The notes beneath the pieces were generated by a model. It made no database searches, was not told where the DNA came from, and saw only the letters and a list, made by a program, of their open reading frames with translations. From the IMG/VR virus record IMGVR_UViG_3300015366_000220: a stretch of 64,000 nucleotides of DNA, one strand, 5' to 3'. The position numbers and the translations under genes are program-made. Positions 26,291-35,463 of this stretch are shown piece after piece (position 1 is the stretch's first letter; every line of letters starts with the position of its first letter). The DNA comes from an uncultured virus (IMG/VR IMGVR_UViG_3300015366_000220) (taxonomy: Duplodnaviria; Heunggongvirae; Uroviricota; Caudoviricetes).

Positions 26291-27248
26291 CCCAGCTTCC
26301 GGTCAATGTACCTTTTGCATAATCAGTTGCACGATTTTCAAAGAAGTTCGAATGTCCAGGAGCATTAATCATACCTTCAACCCATGGTAATGGATTCTTC
26401 TTTACTTTGAAGATTCCCTTTAGACCCAATGAAATCAAACGGCGATCAGCAATGTAACGGATGTATTGTTTAACATCTTCTGCTGTAAGACCTTCCATTG
26501 CGCCCATACTAAATGATAAATCAATAAACTTATCTTCAAGTTCAACCATCTTTTCTGCAATTGAGTAGATTTTTTCCTTGAGTTCATCATTCCAAATTTC
26601 ACGATTCTCTTCTATATATGTTCTGAATAATTTAATCATTGATTCGGCATGTGTGGTTTCATCCGCAATAGACCACTGAATTATCTGTCCCATTCCCTTC
26701 ATTAGTCCATGTCGTGGGAAATTCAATAACATTATGAATGAACTGAATAGTTGCAATCCTTCCGTAAATGCAGAGAATGCCGCAATTTGCTGTGCCACAT
26801 TCTTCTTATCCATGTTGACAAATTGCTCAAAGTATTCGTGTTTATCCTTCATGGCTTGATATTGCAAAAATTCACTATATGTGGATTCTGGCATACCAAG
26901 AGTTTCAATTAGATGTGAATATGCCGCAATATGTACAGCTTCTCTAGCAGCAAAGCCAAGCAACATCATTCTTACTTCTGGTTGTGGGAATACGGGAAGA
27001 TAATTCTTTACATATCCAGAAGCAACATCGATGTCACCTTGTGTGAAAAATCTGAATATGTTCGTCAGGAAGTACTTCTGTTCTTTTGTTAGTTTTTTCT
27101 TCCAATCCTTAACATCATCAATCATGGGGACTTCACTAAATAACCAGTGCATTTGCTCATGCTTCAACCATGCTTCATATGCCCATGGGTAGTTCCACGG
27201 TTTAAAGTAAGGTCTTTCATCAGTCAATTTCAAAATATGTTTAGTCAT
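26271..27248 (-). CDS. nrdB: ribonucleotide reductase class Ia beta subunit
   Basis: FFTQGD, EAVH..AY, EGLQLFSSF, DE..H and NFFE.R.TDY motifs. Confidence 0.97.
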   Translation of the reverse strand: MTKHILKLTDERPYFKPWNYPWAYEAWLKHEQMHWLFSEVPMIDDVKDWKKKLTKEQKYFLTNIFRFFTQGDIDVASGYVKNYLPVFPQPEVRMMLLGFAAREAVHIAAYSHLIETLGMPESTYSEFLQYQAMKDKHEYFEQFVNMDKKNVAQQIAAFSAFTEGLQLFSSFIMLLNFPRHGLMKGMGQIIQWSIADETTHAESMIKLFRTYIEENREIWNDELKEKIYSIAEKMVELEDKFIDLSFSMGAMEGLTAEDVKQYIRYIADRRLISLGLKGIFKVKKNPLPWVEGMINAPGHSNFFENRATDYAKGTLTGSWDDVWAK

Positions 27249-27486
27249 TTAGCCATGTCTCCAATTCTTCTTTTGTCGATACTCCTGATGTGCGCTTGAT
27301 TTCTGTATTAGCATCAAGCATGATCATAGTAGGAACACCCCTGATACCAAACTCTTTAGCATAGTCCATATGTTCGTCTATATCATATTCCTCAATGGGA
27401 ACTTCCGTATTGACTGTTTCCAAGATTTTAGAGAGCATTTTGCAAGGTGAGCACCAAGACGCTCCGAATTTAATTACTCGTTTCAT
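27241..27486 (-). CDS. thioredoxin
   Basis: WCSPC and GVPT motifs. Confidence 0.9.
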   Translation of the reverse strand: MKRVIKFGASWCSPCKMLSKILETVNTEVPIEEYDIDEHMDYAKEFGIRGVPTMIMLDANTEIKRTSGVSTKEELETWLND

Positions 27487-27701
27487 TTGTCAACCTCAAA
27501 TTGTTTGAATCTATTTTTTATTTCGGTGGAGAATGCAGCACTCAATCCACTATCTATCTGCCATCCATCTACTATACCAGTTTCACATACCTTTGTACAT
27601 TCTTCTATTATCAACTTAGCAAATTTCTCTAATTTATCATTATTAGTTAATAATAAATTTATACCAGCATCTTTTGCTCTTTGTCTTATCAATCTATTCA
27701 T
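27483..27701 (-). CDS. hypothetical protein (LEKFAKLI.EC family)
   Basis: Paralogous to 58030-58311 and 59372-59638. Confidence 0.6.
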   Translation of the reverse strand: MNRLIRQRAKDAGINLLLTNNDKLEKFAKLIIEECTKVCETGIVDGWQIDSGLSAAFSTEIKNRFKQFEVDK

Positions 27702-27830
27702 CTACTACCTTTTTTATTTTTTCTATTTTTAAATATTCGACCTTCAACCCAACCAACTCCTGTGTGATCAAATGATCTAATATGACCAATCCCGTTATTA
27801 TACCAAATTTATACAATACAAGATTTTCAA
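27698..27830 (-). pseudogene. homing-endonuclease remnant
   Basis: Start-less frame IWYNNGIGHIRSFDHTGVGWVEGR carries the W.NNG...GW..GR tail motif of phage free-standing homing endonucleases. Confidence 0.55.
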
Positions 27831-27831
27831 T

Positions 27832-29622
27832 CTAACCTTCACACGCTAAACATTCCCCTCCTTCAGCCAAAGCCCTCAAATCGATTTCTTTAATAATATC
27901 TCGTTCAATCTTCTTGAATACTTTATCTGCTTTACCAATCTTTTCTGAACGACAGTAATACATTGTCTTGAGACCTTTAGCCCAAGCCATGAAATGAACG
28001 GCATGCAAATATTTAATGTTGCTATCTGGTCTAAAGAATACATTCAGTGATTGCGCCTGATCAATATACTCCTGTCTGTCTGCTGCATGTTGTATAACCC
28101 ATCGCTGATCTATTTCCATAGAGGTTTTGAATACTTCTTTTTCTTCATCAGTAAGAATATCCAAATGCGTAACAGAACCATCATTAGCAATGATGCTTGA
28201 CCATATATCCTGTAGTTTATCAGCATCACTGATTTTTGTTTTTAGTATATCATCCAAAAATCTATTCTTATTCAAGTGTGCCCCAGAAAGGGTATCTTGA
28301 CGATATGCATTAGCCCTGTATGGTTCTATAGATGGTGAAGTATTATTCATTAGAATACTCGAACTTGCATTAGGTGCAATAGCTGATGTATGTGAAAAAC
28401 GTCTACCTGTACCAACCGCATCTGGTGCTTCACCACGAATAAGACCTAGCTCCAGATTGGCTTCATCCAATTTCTTTTTTATATGCTTAAATATTTTATG
28501 ATTTGCTGATGTGGCTAAAGCGGATTCCCATGGTATCATATGTTTTTGTAGATATGCATGGAAGCCCAATGCACCGACACCAATACTACGTTCTCTCATG
28601 GCAGAATATTTGGCTCTTTTGATTTCTTTCGGGGCATTATCAATAAAATACTGTAATACATTGTCTAACATCTCAGCAACATCTTTCAAGAACAACTTAT
28701 CATTTTTCCATGCGTCATAATGCTCAAGATTCACGGATGATAGACAACAAACTGCTGTGCGATCTTTATCCACGCATAGTAGGATTTCAGAACACAAATT
28801 AGATTGTCTAATTTTCAATCCTAACTTCTTTTGAAAATCCGGCAACGCCCTATTACTATGGTCGATAAAATGAAGATAAGGTTCACCAGTTTGCATACGC
28901 ATTTCGATAATACGTTGCCACAGATCTTTAGCTGAAATAGTTTCTCTCACTTCTCCTGAGTGTGGATCTTTCAAATCCCAGCTATCATCAGCATGAGGAT
29001 CAAGCATACACTTTTCGATGATATGCATAAAATCATCAGTGATATTGATACCATGATGTAGGTTCAGGCAACGCATATTTTGATCACCTGTGGGCTTACG
29101 CATTTCCAAGAATAATAAAATATCAGGATGGCTAATATCAAGATAAGCAGCATAAGAACCACGACGAGTTTTTCCTTGTCGATAAGCAAGAGAACTGACA
29201 TCATACGTTCGCAAGTGTGGCATAACACCAACAGACTTATCATCAGCAGATCGAATACCTACCCCGATACCAACACCACCACCAAGCATAGACAACCAAT
29301 TTACTTCGGATAGACAATCAACCAATCCATCAGCTGAATCATGCAAGTATGAAAGAAAACATGATATGGGGAGACCACGTTTAGATCTCCCAAATGATAA
29401 TATGGGTGTAGAGTATGATAACCATTGCTTGGATGAATATTCATATAAGCGTTGTGCATGGTCTCTATCAGTACCAAATGATTTTGCAACAAATGCGAAT
29501 CTTTCTTGTGGTGAATTTTCACCTTCCATCATATAAGATTCTTTCAGTCGCTTCATCCCCAATTCATCAAACAACGAATCTCTTTTATAATCAACTTCAA
29601 TGCCATGAACAGTATCTGTCAT
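27832..29622 (-). CDS. nrdA: ribonucleotide reductase class Ia alpha subunit (short, no ATP cone)
   Basis: ISCF, SNLCSEI, APNASSS, TMYYCR and C-terminal CLACEG motifs. Confidence 0.97.
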   Translation of the reverse strand: MTDTVHGIEVDYKRDSLFDELGMKRLKESYMMEGENSPQERFAFVAKSFGTDRDHAQRLYEYSSKQWLSYSTPILSFGRSKRGLPISCFLSYLHDSADGLVDCLSEVNWLSMLGGGVGIGVGIRSADDKSVGVMPHLRTYDVSSLAYRQGKTRRGSYAAYLDISHPDILLFLEMRKPTGDQNMRCLNLHHGINITDDFMHIIEKCMLDPHADDSWDLKDPHSGEVRETISAKDLWQRIIEMRMQTGEPYLHFIDHSNRALPDFQKKLGLKIRQSNLCSEILLCVDKDRTAVCCLSSVNLEHYDAWKNDKLFLKDVAEMLDNVLQYFIDNAPKEIKRAKYSAMRERSIGVGALGFHAYLQKHMIPWESALATSANHKIFKHIKKKLDEANLELGLIRGEAPDAVGTGRRFSHTSAIAPNASSSILMNNTSPSIEPYRANAYRQDTLSGAHLNKNRFLDDILKTKISDADKLQDIWSSIIANDGSVTHLDILTDEEKEVFKTSMEIDQRWVIQHAADRQEYIDQAQSLNVFFRPDSNIKYLHAVHFMAWAKGLKTMYYCRSEKIGKADKVFKKIERDIIKEIDLRALAEGGECLACEG

Positions 29623-29633
29623 ATCGACTCCAA

Positions 29634-30626
29634 TTATTGTTTTTGTTTTAGTGTGTTGATGATGATATTGGCTGTTGCCTTTGGTGATAGATTATCATCA
29701 TAGTATTTCTTTATAGAATCACTCCACTCTTGTAATTGCGCTTTAGTGTATCTATTCATTATCACATCAACAAGATTAGTTGCGCACTTCCAACTTTCAT
29801 TATCTTTTAGTTGAATGATTGGAATATTTTTATAATATTCTCTATCAGGTAAATAATTTGACACTGTGATACATCCTGCTCTCATTGATTCATACAATCT
29901 AAATGTTTCAGCATTTGCCCAGCCAGTTGGACAGAAACTAAACTTACTTGACTCTAGTATGTTTATATATGTTTTTTTATCAACACCAGCAGCAAAATCA
30001 TGAGTAAATTTAATATAATCTTTTGGTCTACTCCACCATATGATATGGTTTATTAGATCCAACATTTTTCGGTGATGTTTTATTCCAAATAAAAGAATCA
30101 ACCAACGTGGTATTCTTGATAGCACAGATGCCATTTCCATTCTATTGCGATTTAGACATCCCATAAAATTTATATTATGTAGTCTTTCTTCCATGAGTGT
30201 TGGTAGGGCACTGGAATGTGAATAATACCCAAGAGGAATTGATGTTACATTTTCGCCATCACGACAATAATTAGTGAAAATGTGGTGATATTTTTTTTCA
30301 ATTAAATGATATGGTGGATACTTATTTTCTGATCCAGTCCAGATCAAAACTCTTTTCTCACCATACCATGGGTCTGCACTGGTACTATCCGGCACATTTG
30401 ATGTGTTGTTACAGTGAATGATGAAAGTGTATTCATCAAAATTCGGCATCAATTCAGACAGAATACCAATTACTTCCCCAATATATTCAGTATTTTTAAT
30501 TGGGTATGTTTCACCACAATCATCAATGACATTATCATATTGTCGTGTATTATTGTCTGTTGGTGGATTGAATAATGCCTCAAGTTCTTTCTTTAATTCC
30601 AAATCTTCTTGTGCGAATTGTCTCAT
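29634..30626 (-). CDS. exostosin/GT47-like glycosyltransferase
   Basis: IPLGY, SKFSFCPTG..ETFRLYESMRAGC motifs. Confidence 0.7.
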   Translation of the reverse strand: MRQFAQEDLELKKELEALFNPPTDNNTRQYDNVIDDCGETYPIKNTEYIGEVIGILSELMPNFDEYTFIIHCNNTSNVPDSTSADPWYGEKRVLIWTGSENKYPPYHLIEKKYHHIFTNYCRDGENVTSIPLGYYSHSSALPTLMEERLHNINFMGCLNRNRMEMASVLSRIPRWLILLFGIKHHRKMLDLINHIIWWSRPKDYIKFTHDFAAGVDKKTYINILESSKFSFCPTGWANAETFRLYESMRAGCITVSNYLPDREYYKNIPIIQLKDNESWKCATNLVDVIMNRYTKAQLQEWSDSIKKYYDDNLSPKATANIIINTLKQKQ

Positions 30627-31297
30627 GCGGACACCATATCCTTTGTTAATGGGAATATTTTAGAAATAACTTTAGCACATTCTTTAGCAATTTCCATATG
30701 TTCTTTCTGTGTACCATTTTCTGATCTTAGCTGGATATAATGTATCCATGACCGCAATGTTCCACTCATATACATCCTAGACATAGTTAATCCTTCTGGG
30801 AGGACTGCTCTTGCTTGTTCTTTAGCAATGCCATTGGAAATAGCCCATTCATACGCATCCTTTGCCGTATTGATTATTTCTGCTTGCTTTTTAAGCCAAG
30901 CAATAGTCAAATCAGACGAAACACCATCACTGATACTATTCTGTCTATTTGTTGGATCTTGCAATCTTGCCTCACGCACGACAAAATTCAGATCTTTGGT
31001 TGGATCAGCATATCTCTGACTGAATTCCTGAAAAGAAAAACTTCTGTGTCGTAAAATCTGTCTTGCAATATCTCTTGTTGTTTCTATTTCAAGAGTCATA
31101 CTAACCATCTCAAGTGGACTAAAATGTTTATGTTTTAAAAGATAATCAATTAGTTTATCTGCTGTTTGTTTATTTTGTTGATTAGATGGATTAGAAACTC
31201 TAGCGCAAAAAGCCACTAAATCATTAATTGACGACATATCAGTTTCTTGAAGAAATTCTTTAGAAGGCTGACTATAACTTATCAATTTCACGTTCAT
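30623..31297 (-). CDS. thyX: flavin-dependent thymidylate synthase
   Basis: RHRSFSFQEFSQRY signature. Confidence 0.97.
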   Translation of the reverse strand: MNVKLISYSQPSKEFLQETDMSSINDLVAFCARVSNPSNQQNKQTADKLIDYLLKHKHFSPLEMVSMTLEIETTRDIARQILRHRSFSFQEFSQRYADPTKDLNFVVREARLQDPTNRQNSISDGVSSDLTIAWLKKQAEIINTAKDAYEWAISNGIAKEQARAVLPEGLTMSRMYMSGTLRSWIHYIQLRSENGTQKEHMEIAKECAKVISKIFPLTKDMVSA

Positions 31298-31314
31298 TCA
31301 ATAACCCCCACAAA

Positions 31315-31677
31315 TTATTTCTTATTAGGTACAGACAATACGAATTTATTCTTCTTGACTAGCTTCTCGAAATATCCGGTGGACTGTAACACTGTTGCTC
31401 TAACCGCAGCATCACTATAATTGCTATGTGTGCTATCATCAAACCACCAAAAACTCATGAGATGATTCCACAGATGATTGAACCATCCAGCATCTTTCCC
31501 AATGGCTTTTCTGTATTCGACATACCACTTTCCTCTATGGAAAATGACACGTACTTCGGTGATGGGAACATTCTCCACAACATAACCAAGATCATCTACT
31601 GCATTCATAACATTACCTCTATAATTACCATCTCTCACAACATCAGTTAATATAGGAACCATTAACATCTTTTCCAA
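31315..31677 (-). CDS. hypothetical protein
   Basis: ORF track. Confidence 0.55.
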   Translation of the reverse strand: MEKMLMVPILTDVVRDGNYRGNVMNAVDDLGYVVENVPITEVRVIFHRGKWYVEYRKAIGKDAGWFNHLWNHLMSFWWFDDSTHSNYSDAAVRATVLQSTGYFEKLVKKNKFVLSVPNKK

Positions 31678-32702
31678 GTGTTAAATCTCATTTTAGCTGT
31701 GAGATTCTTGTATGTATTCTTATTGATAAGGTATAACACTTCTTCTGGTGTATTCCCATTCAATACCATTTCGTTGATATCTTTACCAACGATATTATCA
31801 GGAAACAGACATACACTGTATCCAAGATCAATAGTCTCTTCAATACGATTTATGATATCCTTATTCCTTCTATCATTATCATAGATAATGACTACATCAT
31901 CACACATCAAATATGTCGCTACCCCAAGCAAATGGGCATCACCACTGGCTACACAATTTGGTACAAACAAAGAATCGAATTGCCCCTCAACAATGTATAT
32001 TGTCTCATTTTTATTCAATCTATGCAAACCAAATACCTTTCGTGTATCCAAAATCTTCACCGTCACATATCTTATTTTTGTCTCTGTTGAAAGTGCCCGT
32101 CCAGCAATATGAGTCACAACACCCTTCTCGTCGGTGAAAAACATAACAATTCGTTCATCATTTGGTACATTATCTTTACCATGATTGGGGAATTCCTTAT
32201 CTAGGAAATCTTTGAACTTCGGTGTGAAGAAAATCTCATTCCATGCGGATTGCGGGATCTTTCTATTCTCCATATAGTTGCGAGCAAAATGATCCTTTGG
32301 CAATTCATTGATATTAGCCAAAGAAACATCTCTATATGTCTTCTTCGGAGTCGCACCAAATATGGATAGTGCCGTTGGTGTTGGCTGATTGACTTTTGGT
32401 TTCTTGTAATTATGATGCCCAGTTTCACCAGACACAAATCTCTCCAGCACATATTGTTTGTGCTGTGATGCATCTATTTCCAATAGGAAATTGGAAAATG
32501 TGGTAGATTTGCCACAATTATGGCATCGCATGAAATAATCGTTATTTTTACGATAAACATACCCACGCGCCTTCAATTTGTTCTTTTTACTATCATTACA
32601 GAAAGGACATCGGAAATTATACAAATCCGTGTTTTTCTGCTTAAAAAGGCTCAATTTGTGGGAAATCATACCCAAGTATTTTCGATCAATTATTACACTC
32701 AT
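31662..32702 (-). CDS. gp61: DNA primase (T4 gp61-like)
   Basis: CPFC...CHNC zinc finger, EGQFDSLF, DND and KDINEM Toprim motifs. Confidence 0.95.
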   Translation of the reverse strand: MSVIIDRKYLGMISHKLSLFKQKNTDLYNFRCPFCNDSKKNKLKARGYVYRKNNDYFMRCHNCGKSTTFSNFLLEIDASQHKQYVLERFVSGETGHHNYKKPKVNQPTPTALSIFGATPKKTYRDVSLANINELPKDHFARNYMENRKIPQSAWNEIFFTPKFKDFLDKEFPNHGKDNVPNDERIVMFFTDEKGVVTHIAGRALSTETKIRYVTVKILDTRKVFGLHRLNKNETIYIVEGQFDSLFVPNCVASGDAHLLGVATYLMCDDVVIIYDNDRRNKDIINRIEETIDLGYSVCLFPDNIVGKDINEMVLNGNTPEEVLYLINKNTYKNLTAKMRFNTWKRC

Positions 32703-32732
32703 TGTGACTGAACACCCATAATTATTTTTCGC

Positions 32733-32761
32733 ATTATATACTATGTATGGTGATCTGTAAA
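32733..32761 (-). promoter_or_regulatory. sigma70 promoter of primase operon
   Basis: TTTACA-N17-TATAAT. Confidence 0.7.
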
Positions 32762-32772
32762 CTCAACCAGAT

Positions 32773-32801
32773 TTGACAGATTTTAATATGATCTGTATAA
32801 T
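32773..32801 (+). promoter_or_regulatory. perfect-consensus sigma70 promoter, divergent, no downstream plus-strand gene
   Basis: TTGACA-N17-TATAAT. Confidence 0.75.
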
Positions 32802-32835
32802 AGACTATGTTGCCGTTAATGAATAATTATATTAA

Positions 32836-33474
32836 TTAATATTTAGTAGTCTTATTGGGGTTTTTAGTGAGCACCAATCGTGTGCCAGCTCTGTTGGGAT
32901 CATAATCTTTCCCTGTTGCATTTGTATATTTTACATAATTTGATCTGGTTGTTGGCACATATTGATTGTTTCCTTTTGGTGTAAGGATATGTGTTTGTAT
33001 ATCAGGTTCTACACCTTTTTTCAAGCTATTTACATGTTCATCACCTAATCTATTCCATATAGACTGTCCTTTCTTTGTCTGCGACATATCAGATACAAGA
33101 CTCAATCCATGATATAATACTAGATGTTTATATGCATCTGATGCTCTCACGCTTGATTTAGGGATTGATCCGACAGCATGAATTTGCATCCCTACCTTTT
33201 TATTTCTAGCATAACGATCATTTCTTATGATGTCGCTTCCATGGATAGCTAGTTGAACTTTTTTATCACCTTTTTTAGTGAAGTTATAAGTGCTATTATC
33301 ATTATCCACCTGTTGATGATATACATCATGTGGCTCACCTTCATGATTAAAAAAAGTAGAAACTTTTGTATGTGATGGATCATCATCAATATCATCATCT
33401 ACAAATGCACCCTTCCGGATAGAGGAAAGGGTGTATATTTCATTCAAAAATTCACGAAAGTTTTTCATTAGCAA
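32836..33474 (-). CDS. putative internal head protein (start probably 33468)
   Basis: MKNFREFLNE resembles the T4 capsid-targeting sequence. Confidence 0.6.
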   Translation of the reverse strand: MLMKNFREFLNEIYTLSSIRKGAFVDDDIDDDPSHTKVSTFFNHEGEPHDVYHQQVDNDNSTYNFTKKGDKKVQLAIHGSDIIRNDRYARNKKVGMQIHAVGSIPKSSVRASDAYKHLVLYHGLSLVSDMSQTKKGQSIWNRLGDEHVNSLKKGVEPDIQTHILTPKGNNQYVPTTRSNYVKYTNATGKDYDPNRAGTRLVLTKNPNKTTKY

Positions 33475-33959
33475 TCTCTGGTATCAAAATCAAATCCAGT
33501 ATATTGTTTATACTTGCGTTTCTTTTCATTGATATTTTGTAAGAGACGGAATCTTTCATCTTGATCCATTTCCTTATGTAATCTGGAATTATCTCTACAT
33601 ATCTCAGATGCCCATGCACTAGAGAACACTTCAGTTTGTAATTGTTGCATTGTATTTAATTGTTCGAATACATTATCAACTTTAGTCTTTACGGCTCTTA
33701 ATTCTGTATCCATTGTGCCTCTTACGATTTCTTGTATGTGGGCATCAGTTATTTGTACATCACTTTCTCTAGCAACCTTACCAAATACAGGAAGTCCGGT
33801 AAACAATGCACCAAATGTCACTGGTGCTAATAATAGAAACACTGCTGCCGCTGTTATAATACCAAGCAATGCAACTTTCTTATGTGCATTACGCACCTTC
33901 TCTGGCCTAGAGCTTTCATCAGGAATCATGTTAATAATCCAATCTAAGAGTGATGCCAT
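33468..33959 (-). CDS. membrane protein in lysis cluster
   Basis: One hydrophobic segment followed by a coiled coil. Confidence 0.55.
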   Translation of the reverse strand: MASLLDWIINMIPDESSRPEKVRNAHKKVALLGIITAAAVFLLLAPVTFGALFTGLPVFGKVARESDVQITDAHIQEIVRGTMDTELRAVKTKVDNVFEQLNTMQQLQTEVFSSAWASEICRDNSRLHKEMDQDERFRLLQNINEKKRKYKQYTGFDFDTRDC

Positions 33960-34517
33960 TTATTTTTCTCCTAAAGACATTTTTTTATTGCTGTTTGAGT
34001 TATCTATCACTTCTTTGGTTGTCCTAACCCATTCCTGTAAACTTTTTAATTGCTCTTCTGTTTGGTGGCAGATTGCGTAGTTGCTGGTGATTGTTCCGAG
34101 GGCAATATTGTCTCTAATTGTCGAGGGGGAACCATCAACTGCGCTGGAGGTGATGGCATCACCGCTATTGGAATCAGCTGCTTTGTCGTGGAGGTACACC
34201 CAGCCATTAGACATATAAGACTTACTAGGCATAAGTTTAACCAGTTCTTGTATACCATTATTTTTCTCCTGAACATGAGCTGTTTTAGTAATATATTTTG
34301 TCACTACAACTTCCCTAACTTGTGACTGTGCAATAGTCAAATCATTCTGTAATTTTGTCATCGCATCTTGATATTTTTGTATTTCTGCTTCATATTCAAT
34401 TTTGACTTTTTCTGTGTTCTTCTTCTCATTAGATGAACCAGTATGATACCCATAAGTGAATATGGATAGCATGACAATACATATTGCAAGTAATTTATAT
34501 TGTAATGGGACTAGCAC
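33960..34517 (-). CDS. inner-membrane spanin (Rz-like)
   Basis: N-terminal TM helix, coiled coil, GWVYLHD motif; contains a nested lipoprotein ORF. Confidence 0.75.
   Translation of the reverse strand: MLVPLQYKLLAICIVMLSIFTYGYHTGSSNEKKNTEKVKIEYEAEIQKYQDAMTKLQNDLTIAQSQVREVVVTKYITKTAHVQEKNNGIQELVKLMPSKSYMSNGWVYLHDKAADSNSGDAITSSAVDGSPSTIRDNIALGTITSNYAICHQTEEQLKSLQEWVRTTKEVIDNSNSNKKMSLGEK
34046..34258 (-). CDS. outer-membrane spanin lipoprotein (Rz1-like), nested in alternate frame
   Basis: MVYKNWLNLCLVSLICLMAG-C lipobox followed by Pro-rich MPSPPAQLMVPPRQL. Confidence 0.75.
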   Translation of the reverse strand: MVYKNWLNLCLVSLICLMAGCTSTTKQLIPIAVMPSPPAQLMVPPRQLETILPSEQSPATTQSATKQKSN

Positions 34518-34541
34518 GACGACACCTCTTAATTAATATAT

Positions 34542-34772
34542 CTATTTAGGTGCCCATTTTTCAGGCACAGTCATGCCCATTCCGGCTATAGATATATACA
34601 TCATACTATTATAGATGAATTCATCCATCTTCAATCCAAAAAATAGATTACCAAAAAAACCAATAACACATGCTCCAAATGCCGCCATGCTGATTGCTCT
34701 TTTCGATGAAACTGTTGCGTTTGCTGATCCATCAGTCAATAGTGATATGAAAAAGTCTTTAACTGTATCCAT
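34542..34772 (-). CDS. holin candidate
   Basis: 76 aa, two hydrophobic segments, SSKR motif; lies between endolysin and spanins. Confidence 0.55.
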   Translation of the reverse strand: MDTVKDFFISLLTDGSANATVSSKRAISMAAFGACVIGFFGNLFFGLKMDEFIYNSMMYISIAGMGMTVPEKWAPK

Positions 34773-34816
34773 TGATACTCCAATTTAGGAATTATCACCG
34801 AATCATATCAACTATA

Positions 34817-34824
34817 TATTTATA
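34817..34824 (-). promoter_or_regulatory. T4-type late promoter
   Basis: TATAAATA in an intergenic gap. Confidence 0.6.
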
Positions 34825-34856
34825 AAATCCAATACTTCAATGATTTAACATATCAT

Positions 34857-35462
34857 TTACACCCAACCATAATATTGTTTAGTTTTATCAATTCTATCCT
34901 GCAAACCATTATCACCACCATTTATAATTTTTGTTATATTGGTTATGGTTGAGATAGACACATCAACACATATTGCCCATATACCATGGGAATCGAAGTA
35001 ATATTTAGCACTCTCAAATGCATAATCTGTGGCAACTAAATTTGGCTGGAACACAATATACAATTGAGGAAATTTCTCGGCAAAAGATATATAATTACTT
35101 TTTCCTGTTAGTTGGATAGCACCTCTACCACGATACATCCAACCATCTCCACTTTTTTCATCTCCGTTTCCCATTCTATTGGCATATACTCTATTTGCTA
35201 TTTTTTCTGGCTTACGTGCATAATCAATCACATTAGATACACTAAAATATTTTGGAAATTGTTTGAGTAATCCTTCCGCAGAATAATTTAGATTTTCTTC
35301 AAATTTAGTAAATGATGCTGTTTCATGTGATGTTTGCCCAAAGAAATGAGCAGCTTGTATGTTATTTAACTTTAAGTAATCCCTGCCCAACTTGAAAGTT
35401 GATACATCAAAAACACCAGTCTGGCTGGCACCGATCTTAGCTTGAAACTTCAACAAACTCAT
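34857..35462 (-). CDS. GH19 endolysin
   Basis: HET, EENLNYS, YRGRGAIQLTGKSNY and INGG.NGL.DR motifs. Confidence 0.92.
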   Translation of the reverse strand: MSLLKFQAKIGASQTGVFDVSTFKLGRDYLKLNNIQAAHFFGQTSHETASFTKFEENLNYSAEGLLKQFPKYFSVSNVIDYARKPEKIANRVYANRMGNGDEKSGDGWMYRGRGAIQLTGKSNYISFAEKFPQLYIVFQPNLVATDYAFESAKYYFDSHGIWAICVDVSISTITNITKIINGGDNGLQDRIDKTKQYYGWV

Positions 35463-35463
35463 T

